DNA of 64,000 nt from Eledone cirrhosa (Eukaryota), in the NCBI GenBank assembly GCA_964016885.1, contig OZ024751.1, positions 37,696,001 to 37,760,000 of the forward strand, read 5' to 3'. Of the stretch, positions 13,310-26,000 are shown piece by piece (position 1 is the stretch's first letter; the number at the start of each line of letters is the position of its first letter). The notes under the pieces were generated by a model. That model saw only the letters and a program-made list of their open reading frames with translations. It had not been told where the DNA came from and searched no databases. Both the position numbers and the translations under genes were made by a program.

Positions 13310-13930
13310 GCACCCTCTCTCTCTCTCTTTTCATCTTTCGCTCTCCAGTTCTCATTCTAACAATCTACTCTTTGACACTCTCACACTCTCTCTCTACCTC
13401 TCTCTCTCTACCTCTCTCTCTCTACCTCTTTCTCTACCTCTCTCTCTACCTCTCTCTCTCTACCTCTTTCTCTCTCTCTCTACATCTTTCTCTACCTCTC
13501 TCTCTACCTCTCTCCATACCTCTCTCTCTCTCTCTCTCTCTCTCTGACTGAGTATCTTTCCACTCGTTTTTCCTTTCACTCTCTCTCTCTCACTCTCGCT
13601 CTCTCTCTACCTCTACCTCTCTTTCTTTCACTCTCTCTCTACCTCTCTTTCTACCTCTCTCTCTGACTGACTATCTACTCGTTTTTCCTTTCACTCTCTC
13701 TCTCTCTCTACCTCTTTTTCTCACTCTCTTTCTACCCCTCTCTCTCTCTCTCTCTCTCTGACTATCTTTCTACTCGTTTTTCCTCTGACTATCTACCTCT
13801 TTCTCTCTCTAATTCCTTCTCTAATTATCTTAGAAATTCTACCGATTTTATTACATCCAAATCCCTTACGCTTTCTATTCATTATCACTCTTCCCCCTCT
13901 CTCTTAGATCCCTATATCTGTCCTGCCCCT

Positions 13931-13963
<33 letters not shown>

Positions 13964-14140
13964 TAGAGCCCTATATCTGTCCTGTCCCCCTCTCTCTCTC
14001 TTAGATCCCTATATCTGTACTGCCCCCCCTCTCTTTCTCTTAGATCCCTATATCTGCCATTATACTCTCTCTCTCTCTAAATCACTATCTCTCTCTCTCA
14101 TTCCCTCTCTATCTCACTCTTCTGCTTCTCTCTGTCTCTC
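13310..14140. repeat. CT-rich low-complexity tract with four ttagatccctatatctg-type units (13903-14057)
   Basis: Direct inspection. Confidence 0.8.
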
Positions 14141-14362
14141 ACGTACATATGTATCTTTATTACACTTTCTCTTCATCTGATCCCTATCCTTCTCTCTCAA
14201 TTCCCATCCCTCTTTCTCATATTCTTCTATCATTCTACCTCTCACTCTCCACACACATATATATATATACATATATATTTATATATACACATATACGCAC
14301 ACATATATATACATATACACACACACACACATTTATATATATATACACACATATGTACACAT

Positions 14363-14401
<39 letters not shown>

Positions 14402-14989
14402 TCTCCCTCTCTATATATGTGTGTCTATGTGTTTCCATCTCTTTATACTCTCACTTCCTTCTTCATGTTCAATCCACTACCGCCTCTGTACTTATCTCTT
14501 TTGTTTTATTTGTATTTATCTTTCACTAAAATACTCTACATTTTCTTTGTTTTGATTTCAATCTACCCCCCCCCCCCCCCCTCTCTCTCTATTCTCTGGT
14601 TATCCCCACCACCACCACCACCAACAACAACACCACTGGCCGCCATTTTATCTGATATTTATTTATTGATTTGTATTTTGGTTTTGTTTATATTATTTTG
14701 TTGTTATTTATAAATGTTTTTCTTATTGTGTATTGTGTATGATTTTTCTTGTTCGCTCGTTCGTCAATCTATCCATCTGTATTCTTTCTGTTACATCATC
14801 CTATGTCTGGATCGATCGATCAATCTATTCAGATCGATAATACAATAAATAAATAAATAAAGAGGAAGAGAGGAAGAGAGGAAGAGGAAGGAGTTGAAAG
14901 CTTTATCAGCCAATGCAAAACGTTATAAGCTTAGATGTATCTGTTTAGTTCTGCAGAGAGTGACATGCTTAAGATAAGAGTGAACGGTT

Positions 14990-16850
14990 GGAAGGTGGCG
15001 GTGCTGGTGTTGATGGTGTTGGTGATGGTGGTGATGGTGTTGGTGATGATGGTGGTGATGGTGCTGGTGATGGTGCTGGTGATGGTGCTGGTGCTGCTGG
15101 TGATGTTGGTAGTGGTGCAGGTGGTGGTGATGGTGGTGTTGATGGTGGTGGTGTTGGTGATGGTGATGGTGGTGATGTTGGTAGCGGTGCAGGTGGTGGT
15201 GGTGGTGATGGTGTTGGTGATGTTGTTAGTGGTGTTGTTGTTAGTGATGTTGGTGCCAACATCATTGTAGGTGGTGTTGATGTTGAGAGCCGTGATGGTA
15301 TAGCTGCTGTTGGTGTTGATAATGATGATGATGATGATGGTAATAATGGTAACAGTGAATGTGAGAGTATTGTTAGATGGAGATCGTTGTTAAGGGGGTG
15401 TGGGGTGTTGAGTGTGGGGGTGGTGAGTTTGGGGTGGTGGGTGGTGGGTGGTGGGTGGTGGGGGATCCAGGCAAGAATTGGAAAAAGAAAGATAAATTGT
15501 GTATGACGTGGTTTTAACGTCTTCCTTCAAAATAATAGAAGTGGTGGTGGTGGGGTGGCTTGGAAGTTGTGGTGGTGGTGGGGTGGCTTGGAAGTTTTGG
15601 TGGTGGTGGGGTGGCTTGGATGTTGTGGTGGTGGTGGCGTGGAAGTTGTGGTGGTGGTGGTGGTGGCGTGGAAGTTGTGGTGGTGGTGGTGGCGTGGCTT
15701 GGAAGTTGTGGTGGTGGTGGTGGCGTGGCTTGGAAGTTGTGGTGGTGGTGGTGGGGTGGCTTGGAAGTGATGATGGTGGGGTAGCTTGGAAGTAGTGGTG
15801 GTGGTGGGGTAGTTTAGAAGTCATGATGGTGGGGTGCCTTGGAAGGAAGCATGTGGTATTGTTAAAAGTAGCATGTTGATATACATAAAAAAGGATAGAG
15901 ACATCATGTATTTTTATAGTTTGATTATATATAGTGATGATGATGATGCTGATAGAGAGATGGATTGATGGTGGATGCATGGAATGATGGATTGATGGAT
16001 GGTAATCGCTGCAATAAAATTGATATTGTGTATCAAGATGTAGGAAATCTGTAGTCGTATAGAAATCAGTGAATGGTAAAGCCAATGTGTAGAGATATGG
16101 TGATGATGATGATAGCGATGTTGGCAATGATAATAGTGATGTTGGTAATGATGGTGGTAGATGTGGGGGTTATGGATGTGGTGGTGATGGTGATGGATGT
16201 GGTGGTGATGGTGATGGATGTGGTGGTGAAGGTGGTAGATGTGGTAGTGATGGTGGTGGATGTGGTGGTGATGGTGGTGGATGTGGTGGTGATGGTGGTA
16301 GATGTGGTGGTGATGGTGGTGGATGTGGTGGTGATGGTGGTGGATGTGGTGGTGATGGTGGTAGATGTGGTGGTGATGGTGGTGGATGTGGTGGTGATGG
16401 TGGTGGATGTGGTGGTGATGGTGGTAGATGTGGTGGTGATGGTGGTGGATGTGGTGGTGATGGTGGTGGATGTGGTGGTGATGGTGGTAGATGTGGTGGT
16501 GATGGTGGTAGATGTGGTAGTGATGGTAGTAGATGTGGTAGTGATGGTGGTAGATGTGGTAGTGATGGTGGTGGATGTGGTGGTGATGGATGTGGTGGTG
16601 ATGGATGTGGTGGATGTGGTGGTGATGGTGGTGGATGTGGTGGTGATGGATGTGGTGGTGATGGTGGTGGATGTGGTGGTGATGGTGGTGGATGTGGTGG
16701 TGATGGTGGTAGATGTGGTAGTGAAGGTGGTGGATGTGGGAGTGATGGTGGTCGATGTGGTGGTGATGGATGTGGTGGTGATGGATGGTGGGGGTGACGG
16801 TGGTAGATGCAGCAGTGATTGTGATGGATGTGGTGGTGATGTTACTAGTG
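14990..16850. repeat. (GGT/GAT)-based degenerate repeats, including GGCTTGGAAGTTG(TGG)n units (15540-15845) and a 21-bp minisatellite (16150-16790)
   Basis: Direct inspection. This tract explains the poly-Val and poly-His ORFs. Confidence 0.9.
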
Positions 16851-17011
16851 ACGATAATATATATAATGAGGAAGGTGAAGTTGTCTGCCAATGCTATTTG
16901 CGACGTAATACGAAACAGGCTGAGAACATTAATAAACATATATTGTATTATATGTTTGAAGGCGATGAAAAATTTAAACTAAGTTCACTTAAAGACATAT
17001 CCACATAACGA

Positions 17012-20000
17012 GTTGCATAAGACTAGTGTTGGATAAGACTAGTGTTTGATAAGACTAGTGTTGGATAAGACTAGTGTTGGATAAGACTAGTGTTGGATAA
17101 GAATAGTGTTGCATAAGACTAGTGTTGGATAAGACTAGTGTTGGATAAGACTAGTGTTGGATAAGACTAGTGTTGGATAAGACTAGTGTTGGATAAGAAT
17201 AGTATTGGATAAGACCAGTGTTGGATAAGACTAGTGTTGCATAAGACTAGTGTTGGATAAGACTAGTGTTGGATAAGACTAGTGTTGGATAAGACTAGTG
17301 TTGGATAAGACTAGTGTTGGATAAGACTAGTGTTGGATAAGACTAGTGTTTGATAAGACTAGTGTTGGATAAGACTAGTGTTGGATAAGACTAGTGTTGG
17401 ATAAGAATAGTGTTGCATAAGACTAGTGTTGGATAAGACTAGTGTTGGATAAGACTAGTGTTGGATAAGACTAGTGTTGGATAAGACTAGTGTTGGATAA
17501 GACTAGTGTTGGATAAGACTAGTGTTGGATAAGAGTAGTGTTGGATAAGACTAGTGTTGGATAAGACTAGTGTTGGATAAGAGTAGTGTTGGATAAGACT
17601 AGTGTTGCATAAGACTAGTGTTGGATAAGACTAGTGTTGCATAAGACTAGTGTTGGATAAGACTAGTGTTGGATAAGACTAGTGTTGGATAAGACTAGTG
17701 TTGGATAAGACTAGTGTTGGATAAGACTAGTGTTGCATAAGACTAGTGTTGGATAAGACTAGTGTTGGATAAGACTAGTGTTGGATAAGACTAGTGTTGG
17801 ATAAGACTAGTGTTGGATAAGACTAGTGTTGGATAAGACTAGTGTTGGATAAGACTAGTGTTGCATAAGACTAGTGTTGGATAAGACTAGTGTTGGATAA
17901 GACTAGTGTTGGATAAGACTAGTGTTGGATAAGACTAGTGTTGGATAAGACTAGTGTTTGATAAGACTAGTGTTGCATAAGACCAGTGTTGCATAAGACT
18001 AGTGTTGCATAAGAATAGTGTTGCATAAGACTAGTGTTGGATAAGACTAGTGTTGGATAAGAATAGTGTTGCATAAGACTAGTGTTGGATAAGACTAGTG
18101 TTGGATAAGACTAGTGTTGGATAAGACTAGTGTTGGATAAGACTAGTGTTGGATAAGACTAGTGTTGGATAAGACTAGTGTTGGATAAGACTAGTGTTGG
18201 ATAAGAGTAGTGTTGGATAAGACTAGTGTTGGATAAGACTAGTGTTGGATGAGACTAGTGTTGGATAAGACTAGTGTTGCATAATACTAGTGTTGGATAA
18301 GACTAGTGTTGCATAAGACTAGTGTTGGATAAGACTAGTGTTGGATAAGACTAGTGTTGGATAAGACTAGTGTTGGATAAGACTAGTGTTGGATAAGACT
18401 AGTGTTGGATAAGAGTAGTGTTGGATAAGACTAGTGTTGCATAAGACTAGTGTTGGATAAGACTAGTGTTGCATAAGACTAGTGTTGGATAAGACTAGTG
18501 TTGGATAAGACTAGTGTTGGATAAGACTAGTGTTGGATAAGACTAGTGTTGGATAAGACTAGTGTTGCATAAGACTAGTGTTGGATAAGACTAGTGTTGG
18601 ATAAGACTAGTGTTGGATAAGAGTAGTGTTGGATAAGACTAGTGTTGCATAAGACTAGTGTTGGATAAGACTAGTGTTGCATAAGACTAGTGTTGGATAA
18701 GACTAGTGTTGGATAAGACTAGTGTTGGATAAGACTAGTGTTGGATAAGACTAGTGTTGGATAAGAGTAGTGTTGGATAAGACTAGTGTTGGATAAGAAT
18801 AGTGTTGGATAAGACTAGTGTTGGATAAGACTAGTGTTGGATAAGAATAGTGTTGGATAAGACTAGTGTTGGATAAGACTAGTGTTGCATAAGACTAGTG
18901 TTGGATAAGACTAGTGTTGGATAAGACTAGTGTTGGATAAGACTAGTGTTGGATAAGAATAGTGTTGGATAAGACTAGTGTTGGATAAGACTAGTGTTGG
19001 ATAAGAATAGTGTTGGATAAGACTACTGTTGGATAAGACTAGTGTTGGATAAGAATAGTGTTGGATAAGACTAGTGTTGCATAAGACTAGTGTTGGATAA
19101 GACTAGTGTTGGATAAGACTAGTGTTGGATAAGACTAGTGTTGGATAAGAATAGTGTTGGATAAGACTAGTGTTGGATAAGACTAGTGTTGGATAAGACT
19201 AGTGTTGGATAAGACTAGTGTTGGATAAGACTAGTGTTGGATAAGAATAGTGTTGGATAAGACTAGTGTTGGATAAGACTAGTGTTGGATAAGACTAGTG
19301 TTGGATAAGACTAGTGTTGGATAAGACTAGTGTTGGATAAGACTAGTGTTGGATAAGAATAGTGTTGGATAAGACTATTGTTGCATAATACTAGTGTTGG
19401 ATAAGAATAGTGTTGGATAAGACTAGTGTTGTATAAGACTAGTGTTGGATAAGTCTAGTGTTGGATAAGACTAGTGTTGGATAAGACTAGTGTTGCATAA
19501 GACTAGTGTTGCATAAGACTAGTGTTGGATAAGACTAGTGTTGCATAAGACTAGTGTTGGATAAGACTAGTGTTGGATAAGACTAGTGTTGGATAAGACT
19601 AGTTTTGGATAAGACTAGTGTTGGATAAGAATAGTGTTGGATAAGACTAGTGTTGCATAAGACTAGTGTTGGATAAGACTAGTGTTGGATAAGAATAGTG
19701 TTGGATAAGACTAGTGTTGCATAAGACTAGTGTTGGATAAGAATAGTGTTGGATAAGAATAGTGTTGGATAAGACTAGTGTTGGATAAGACTAGTGTTGG
19801 ATAAGACTAGTGTTGGATAAGAATAGTGTTGGATAAGACTAGTGTTGGATAAGACTAGTGTTGGATAAGACTAGTGTTGGATAAGAATAGTGTTGGATAA
19901 GACTAGTGTTGGATAAGACTAGTGTTGGATAAGACTAGTGTTACATAAGACTAGTGTTGCATAAGACTAGTGTTGGATAAGAATAGTGTTGGATAAGACT

Positions 20001-23000
20001 AGTGTTGCATAAGACTAGTGTTGGATAAGACTAGTGTTGGATAAGAATAGTGTTGGATAAGACTAGTGTTGGATAAGAATAGTGTTGGATAAGACTAGTG
20101 TTGGATAAGACTAGTGTTGGATAAGAATAATGTTGGATAAGACTAGTGTTGGATAAGACTAGTGTTGGATAAGACTAGTGTTGGATAAGAATAGTGTTGG
20201 ATAAGACTAGTGTTGGATAAGACTAGTGTTGGATAAGACTAGTGTTGGATAAGACTAGTGTTGGATAAGAGTAGTGTTGGGTAAGACTAGTGTTGGATAA
20301 GACTAGTGTTGCATAAGACTAGTGTTGGATAAGACTAGTGTTGGATAAGACTAGTGTTGGATAAGACTAGTGTTGCATAAGACTAGTGTTGGATAAGACT
20401 AGTGTTGGATAAGACTAGTGTTGGATAAGACTAGTGTTGCATAAGACTAGTGTTGGATAAGACTAGTGTTGGATAAGACTAGTGTTGGATAAGACTAGTG
20501 TTGCATAAGACTAGTGTTGGATAAGACTAGTGTTGGATAAGACTAGTGTTGGATAAGACTAGTGTTGCATAAGACTAGTGTTGGATAAGACTAGTGTTGG
20601 ATAAGAATAGTGTTGGATAAGACTAGTGTTGGATAAGACTAGTGTTGGATAAGACTAGTGTTGGATAAGACTAGTGTTGGATAAGAGTAGTGTTGGATAA
20701 GACTAGTGTTGCATAAGACTAGTGTTGCATAAGACTAGTGTTGGATAAGACTAGTGTTGGATAAGACCAGTGTTGGATAAGACTAGTGTTGGATAAGACT
20801 AGTGTTGGATAAGACTAGTGTTGGATAAGAGTAGTGTTGGATAAGACTAGTGTTGGATAAGACTAGTGTTGGATAAGAGTAGTGTTGCATAAGACTAGTG
20901 TTGGATAAGACTAGTGTTGCATAAGACTAGAGTTGGATAAGACTAGTGTTGCATAAGACTAGTGTTGGATAAAACTAGTGTTGCATAAGACTAGTGTTGG
21001 ATAAGACTAGTGTTGTATAAGACTAGTGTTGGATAAGACTAGTGTTGGATAAGACTAGTGTTGCATAAGACTAGTGTTGGATAAGACTAGTGTTGTATAA
21101 GACCAGTGTTGGATAAGACTAGTGTTGGATAAGACTAGTGTTGGATAAGACTAGTGTTGGATAACACTAGTGTTGCATAAGACTAGTGTTGGATAAGACT
21201 AGTGTTGGATAAGACTAGTGTTGGATAAGACTAGTGTTGGATAAGACTAGTGTTGGATAAGAGTAGTGTTGGATAAGACTAGTGTTGCATAAGACTAGTG
21301 TTGGATAAGACTAGTGTTGGATAAGACTAGTGTTGCATAAGACTAGTGTTGGATAAGACTAGTGTTGGATAAGACTAGTGTTGGATAAGACTAGTGTTGC
21401 ATAAGACTAGTGTTTGATAAGACTAGTGTTGGATAAGACTAGTGTTGGATAAGACTAGTGTTGGATAAGACTAGTGTTGGATAAGAATAGTGTTGGACAA
21501 GACTAGTGTTGGATAAGACTAGTGTTGCATAAGACTAGTGTTGGATAAGACTAGTGTTGGATAAGACTAGTGTTGGATAAGACTAGTGTTGCATAAGACC
21601 AGTGTTGGATAAGACTAGTGTTGGATAAGACTAGTGTTGAATAAGACTAGTGTTGGATAAGACTAGTGTTGCATAAGACTAGTGTTTGATAAGACTAGTG
21701 TTGCATAAGACTAGTGTTGGATAAGACTAGTGTTGGATAAGACTAGTGTTGGATAAGACTAGTGTTGGATAAGACTAGTGTTGCATAAGACTAGTGTTTG
21801 ATAAGACTAGTGTTGGATAAGACTAGTGTTTGATAAGACTAGTGTTGCATAAGACTAGTGTTGGATAAGACTAGTGTTGGATAAGACTAGTGTTGGATAA
21901 GACTAGTGTTGCATAAGACTAGTGTTGGATAAGACTAGTGTTGTATAAGACTAGTGTTGCATAAGACTAGTGTTGGATAAGACTAGTGTTGCATAAGACT
22001 AGAGTTGGATAAGACTAGTGTTGCATAAGACTAGTGTTGGATAAGACTAGTGTTGCATAAGACTAGTGTTGGATAAGACTAGTGTTGGATAAGACTAGTG
22101 TTGGATAAGAATAGTGTTGGATAAGACTAGTGTTGGATAAGAGTAGTGTTGGATAAGACTAGTGTTGCATAAGACAAGAGTTGGATAAGACTAGTGTTGG
22201 ATAAGACTAGTGTTGGATAAGACTAGTGTTGGATAAGACTAGTGTTGGATAAGAGTAGTGTTGGATAAGACTAGTGTTGGATAAGACTAGTGTTGGATAA
22301 GAATAGTGTTGGATAAGACTAGTGTTGGATAAGAGTAGTGTTGGATAAGACTAGTGTTGGATAAGACTAGTGTTGGATAAGACTAGTGTTGGATAAGAGT
22401 AGTGTTGGATAAGACTAGTGTTGGATAAGACTAGTGTTGGATAAGACTAGTGTTGGATAAGAATAGTGTTGGATAAGACTAGTGTTGGATAAGAGTAGTG
22501 TTGGATAAGACTAGTGTTGGATAAGACTAGTGTTGGATAAGAATAGTGTTGGATAAGACTAGTGTTGGATAAGACTAGTGTTGGATAAGACTAGTGTTGG
22601 ATAAGACTAGTGTTGGATAAGACTAGTGTTGGATAAGACTAGTGTTGGATAAGAATAGTGTTGGATATGACTAGTGTTGGATAAGACTAGTGTTGGATAA
22701 GACTAGTGTTGGATAAGACTAGTGTTGGATAAGAATAGTGTTGGATAAGACTAGTGTTGGATAAGAGTAGTGTTGGATAAGACTAGTGTTGCATAAGACT
22801 AGAGTTGGATAAGACTAGTGTTGGATAAGACTAGTGTTGGATAAGACTAGTGTTGCATAAGACTAGTGTTGGATAAGACTAGTGTTGGATAAGACTAGTG
22901 TTGGATAAGACTAGTGTTGGATAAGACTAGTGTTGGATAAGAATAGTGTTGGATAAGACTAGTGTTGGATAAGAGTAGTGTTGGATAAGACTAGTGTTGC

Positions 23001-26000
23001 ATAAGACTAGAGTTGGATAAGACTAGTGTTGCATAAGACTAGTGTTGGATAAGACTAGTGTTGCATAAGACTAGTGTTGGATAAGACTAGTGTTGGATAA
23101 GACTAGTGTTGGATAAGACTAGTGTTGGATAAGACTAGTGTTGGATAAGAGTAGTGTTGGATAAGACTAGTGTTGCATAAGACTAGTGTTGGATAAGACT
23201 AGTGTTGGATAAGACTAGTGTTGCATAAGACTAGTGTTGGATAAGACTAGTGTTGGATAAGACTAGTGTTGGATAAGACTAGTGTTGGATAAGACTAGTG
23301 TTGCATAAGACTAGTGTTGGATAAGACTAGTGTTGGATAAGACTAGTGTTGGATAAGACTAGTGTTGGATAAGACTAGTGTTGGATAAGACTAGTGTTGG
23401 ATAAGAATAGTGTTGGATAAGACTAGTGTTGGATAAGAGTAGTGTTGGATAAGACTAGTGTTGGATAAGACTAGTGTTGGATAAGAGTAGTGTTGGATAA
23501 GACTAGTGTTGGATAAGACTAGTGTTACATAAGACTAGTGTTGGATAAGACTAGTGTTGCATAAGACTAGTGTTGGATAAGACTAGTGTTGGATAAGACT
23601 AGTGTTGCATAAGACTAGTGTTGGATAAGACTAGTGTTGGATAAGACTAGTGTTGGATAAGAGTAGTGTTGGATAAGACTAGTGTTGCATAAGACTAGTG
23701 TTGGATAAGACTAGTGTTGGATAAGACTAGTGTTGCATAAGACTAGTGTTGGATAAGACTAGTGTTGGATAAGAGTAGTGTTGGATAAGACTAGTGTTGC
23801 ATAAGACTAGTGTTGGATAAGACTAGTGTTGGATGAGACTAGTGTTGGATAAGAGTAGTGTTGGATAAGACTAGTGTTGCATAAGACTAGTGTTGGATAA
23901 GACTAGTGTTGGATAAGACTAGTGTTGCATAAGACTAGTGTTGGATAAGACTAGTGTTGGATAAGAGTAGTGTTGCATAAGACTAGTGTTGCATAAGACT
24001 AGTGTTGGATAAGACTAGTGTTGGATAAGACTAGTGTTGGATAAGAGTAGTGTTGGATAAGACTAGTGTTGCATAAGACTAGTGTTGGATAAGACTAGTG
24101 TTGGATAAGACTAGTGTTGGATAAGACTAGTGTTGCATAAGACTAGTGTTGGATAAGACTAGTGTTGCATAAGACTAGTGTTGGATAAGACTAGTGTTGG
24201 ATAAGAGTAGTGTTGGATAAGACTAGTGTTGCATAAGACTAGTGTTGGATAAGACTAGTGTTGGATAAGAATAGTGTTGGATAAGAATAGTGTTGGATAA
24301 GACTAGTGTTGGATAAGACTAGTGTTGGATAAGAGTAGTGTTGGATAAGACTAGTGTTGCATAAGACTAGTGTTGCATAAGACTAGTGTTGGATAAGACT
24401 AGTGTTGGATAAGAGTAGTGTTGGATAAGACTAGTGTTGCATAAGACTAGTGTTGGATAAGACTAGTGTTGGATAAGAATAGTGTTGGATAAGAATAGTG
24501 TTGGATAAGACTAGTGTTGGATAAGACTAGTGTTGGATAAGACTAGTGTTGGATAAGACTAGTGTTGCATAAGACTAGTGTTGGATAAGACTAGTGTTGG
24601 ATAAGACTAGTGTTACATAAGACTAGTGTTGGATAAGACTAGTGTTGCATAAGACTAGTGTTGGATAAGACTAGTGTTGGATAAGACTAGTGTTGGATAA
24701 GACTAGTGTTGGATAAGACTAGTGTTGCATAAGACTAGTGTTGGATAAGACTAGTGTTGGATAAGACTAGTGTTGGATAAGACTAGTGTTGGATAAGAAT
24801 AGTGTTGGATAAGACTAGTGTTGGATAAGACTAGTGTTGGATAAGAATAGTGTTGCATAAGACTAGTGTTGGATAAGACTAGTGTTGGATAAGACTAGTG
24901 TTGGATAAGACTAGTGTTGGATAAGACTAGTGTTGGATAAGACTAGTGTTGGATAAGACTAGTGTTGGATAAGACTAGTGTTGGATAAGACTAGTGTTGG
25001 ATAAGAATAGTGTTGGATAAGACTAGTGTTGGATAAGACTAGTGTTGGATAAGACTAGTGTTGGATAAGACTAGTGTTGGATAAGAATAGTGTTGGATAA
25101 GACTAGTGTTGGATAAGACTAGTGTTGGATAAGAATAGTGTTGGATAAGACTAGTGTTGCATAAGACTAGTGTTGGATAAGACTAGTGTTGGATAAGACT
25201 AGTGTTGGCTAAGACTAGTGTTGGATAAGAATAGTGTTGGATAAGACTAGTGTTGGATAAGACTAGTGTTGGATAAGACTAATGTTGGATAAGACTAGTG
25301 TTGGATAAGACTAGTGTTGCATAAGACTAGTGTTGGATAAGACTAGTGTTGGATAAGACTAGTGTTTGATAAGACTAGTGTTGGATAAGACTAGTGTTGG
25401 ATAAGACTAGTGTTGGATAAGACTAGTGTTTGATAAGACTAGTGTTGGATAAGACTAGTGTTGGATAAGACTAGTGTTTGATAAGACTAGTGTTGGATAA
25501 GACTAGTGTTGGATAAGACTAGTGTTGGATAAGACTAGTGTTGGATAAGACTAGTGTTGGATAAGACTAGTGTTGGATAAGAGTAGTGTTGGATAAGACT
25601 AGTGTTGCATAAGACTAGTGTTGGATAAGACTAGTGTTGGATAAGAATAGTGTTGGATAAGACTAGTGTTGGATAAGACTAGTGTTGGATAAGACTAGTG
25701 TTGGATAAGACTAGTGTTGGATAAGAATAGTGTTGGATAAGACTAGTGTTGGATAAGACTAGTGTTGGATAAGAATAGTGTTGCATAAGACTAGTGTTGG
25801 ATAAGACTAGTGTTGGATAAGACTAGTGTTTGATAAGACTAGTGTTGGATAAGACTAGTGTTGGATAAGACTAGTGTTGGATAAGACTAGTGTTGGATAA
25901 GACTAGTGTTGGATAAGACTAGTGTTGGATAAGAGTAGTGTTGGATAAGACTAGTGTTGCATAAGACTAGTGTTGGATAAGACTAGTGTTGGATAAGAAT

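Noticed and set aside
15914-17008. 341-aa His-rich and 311-aa Val-rich ORFs as genes
   Set aside because: They are translations of a stop-free 21-bp GGT/GAT minisatellite on both strands, with no unique coding context.
17012-17060. Satellite derived from the family D hammerhead (shared ACTAGT)
   Set aside because: Only a 6-bp palindrome is shared. The unit has no CUGANGA or GAAA box.
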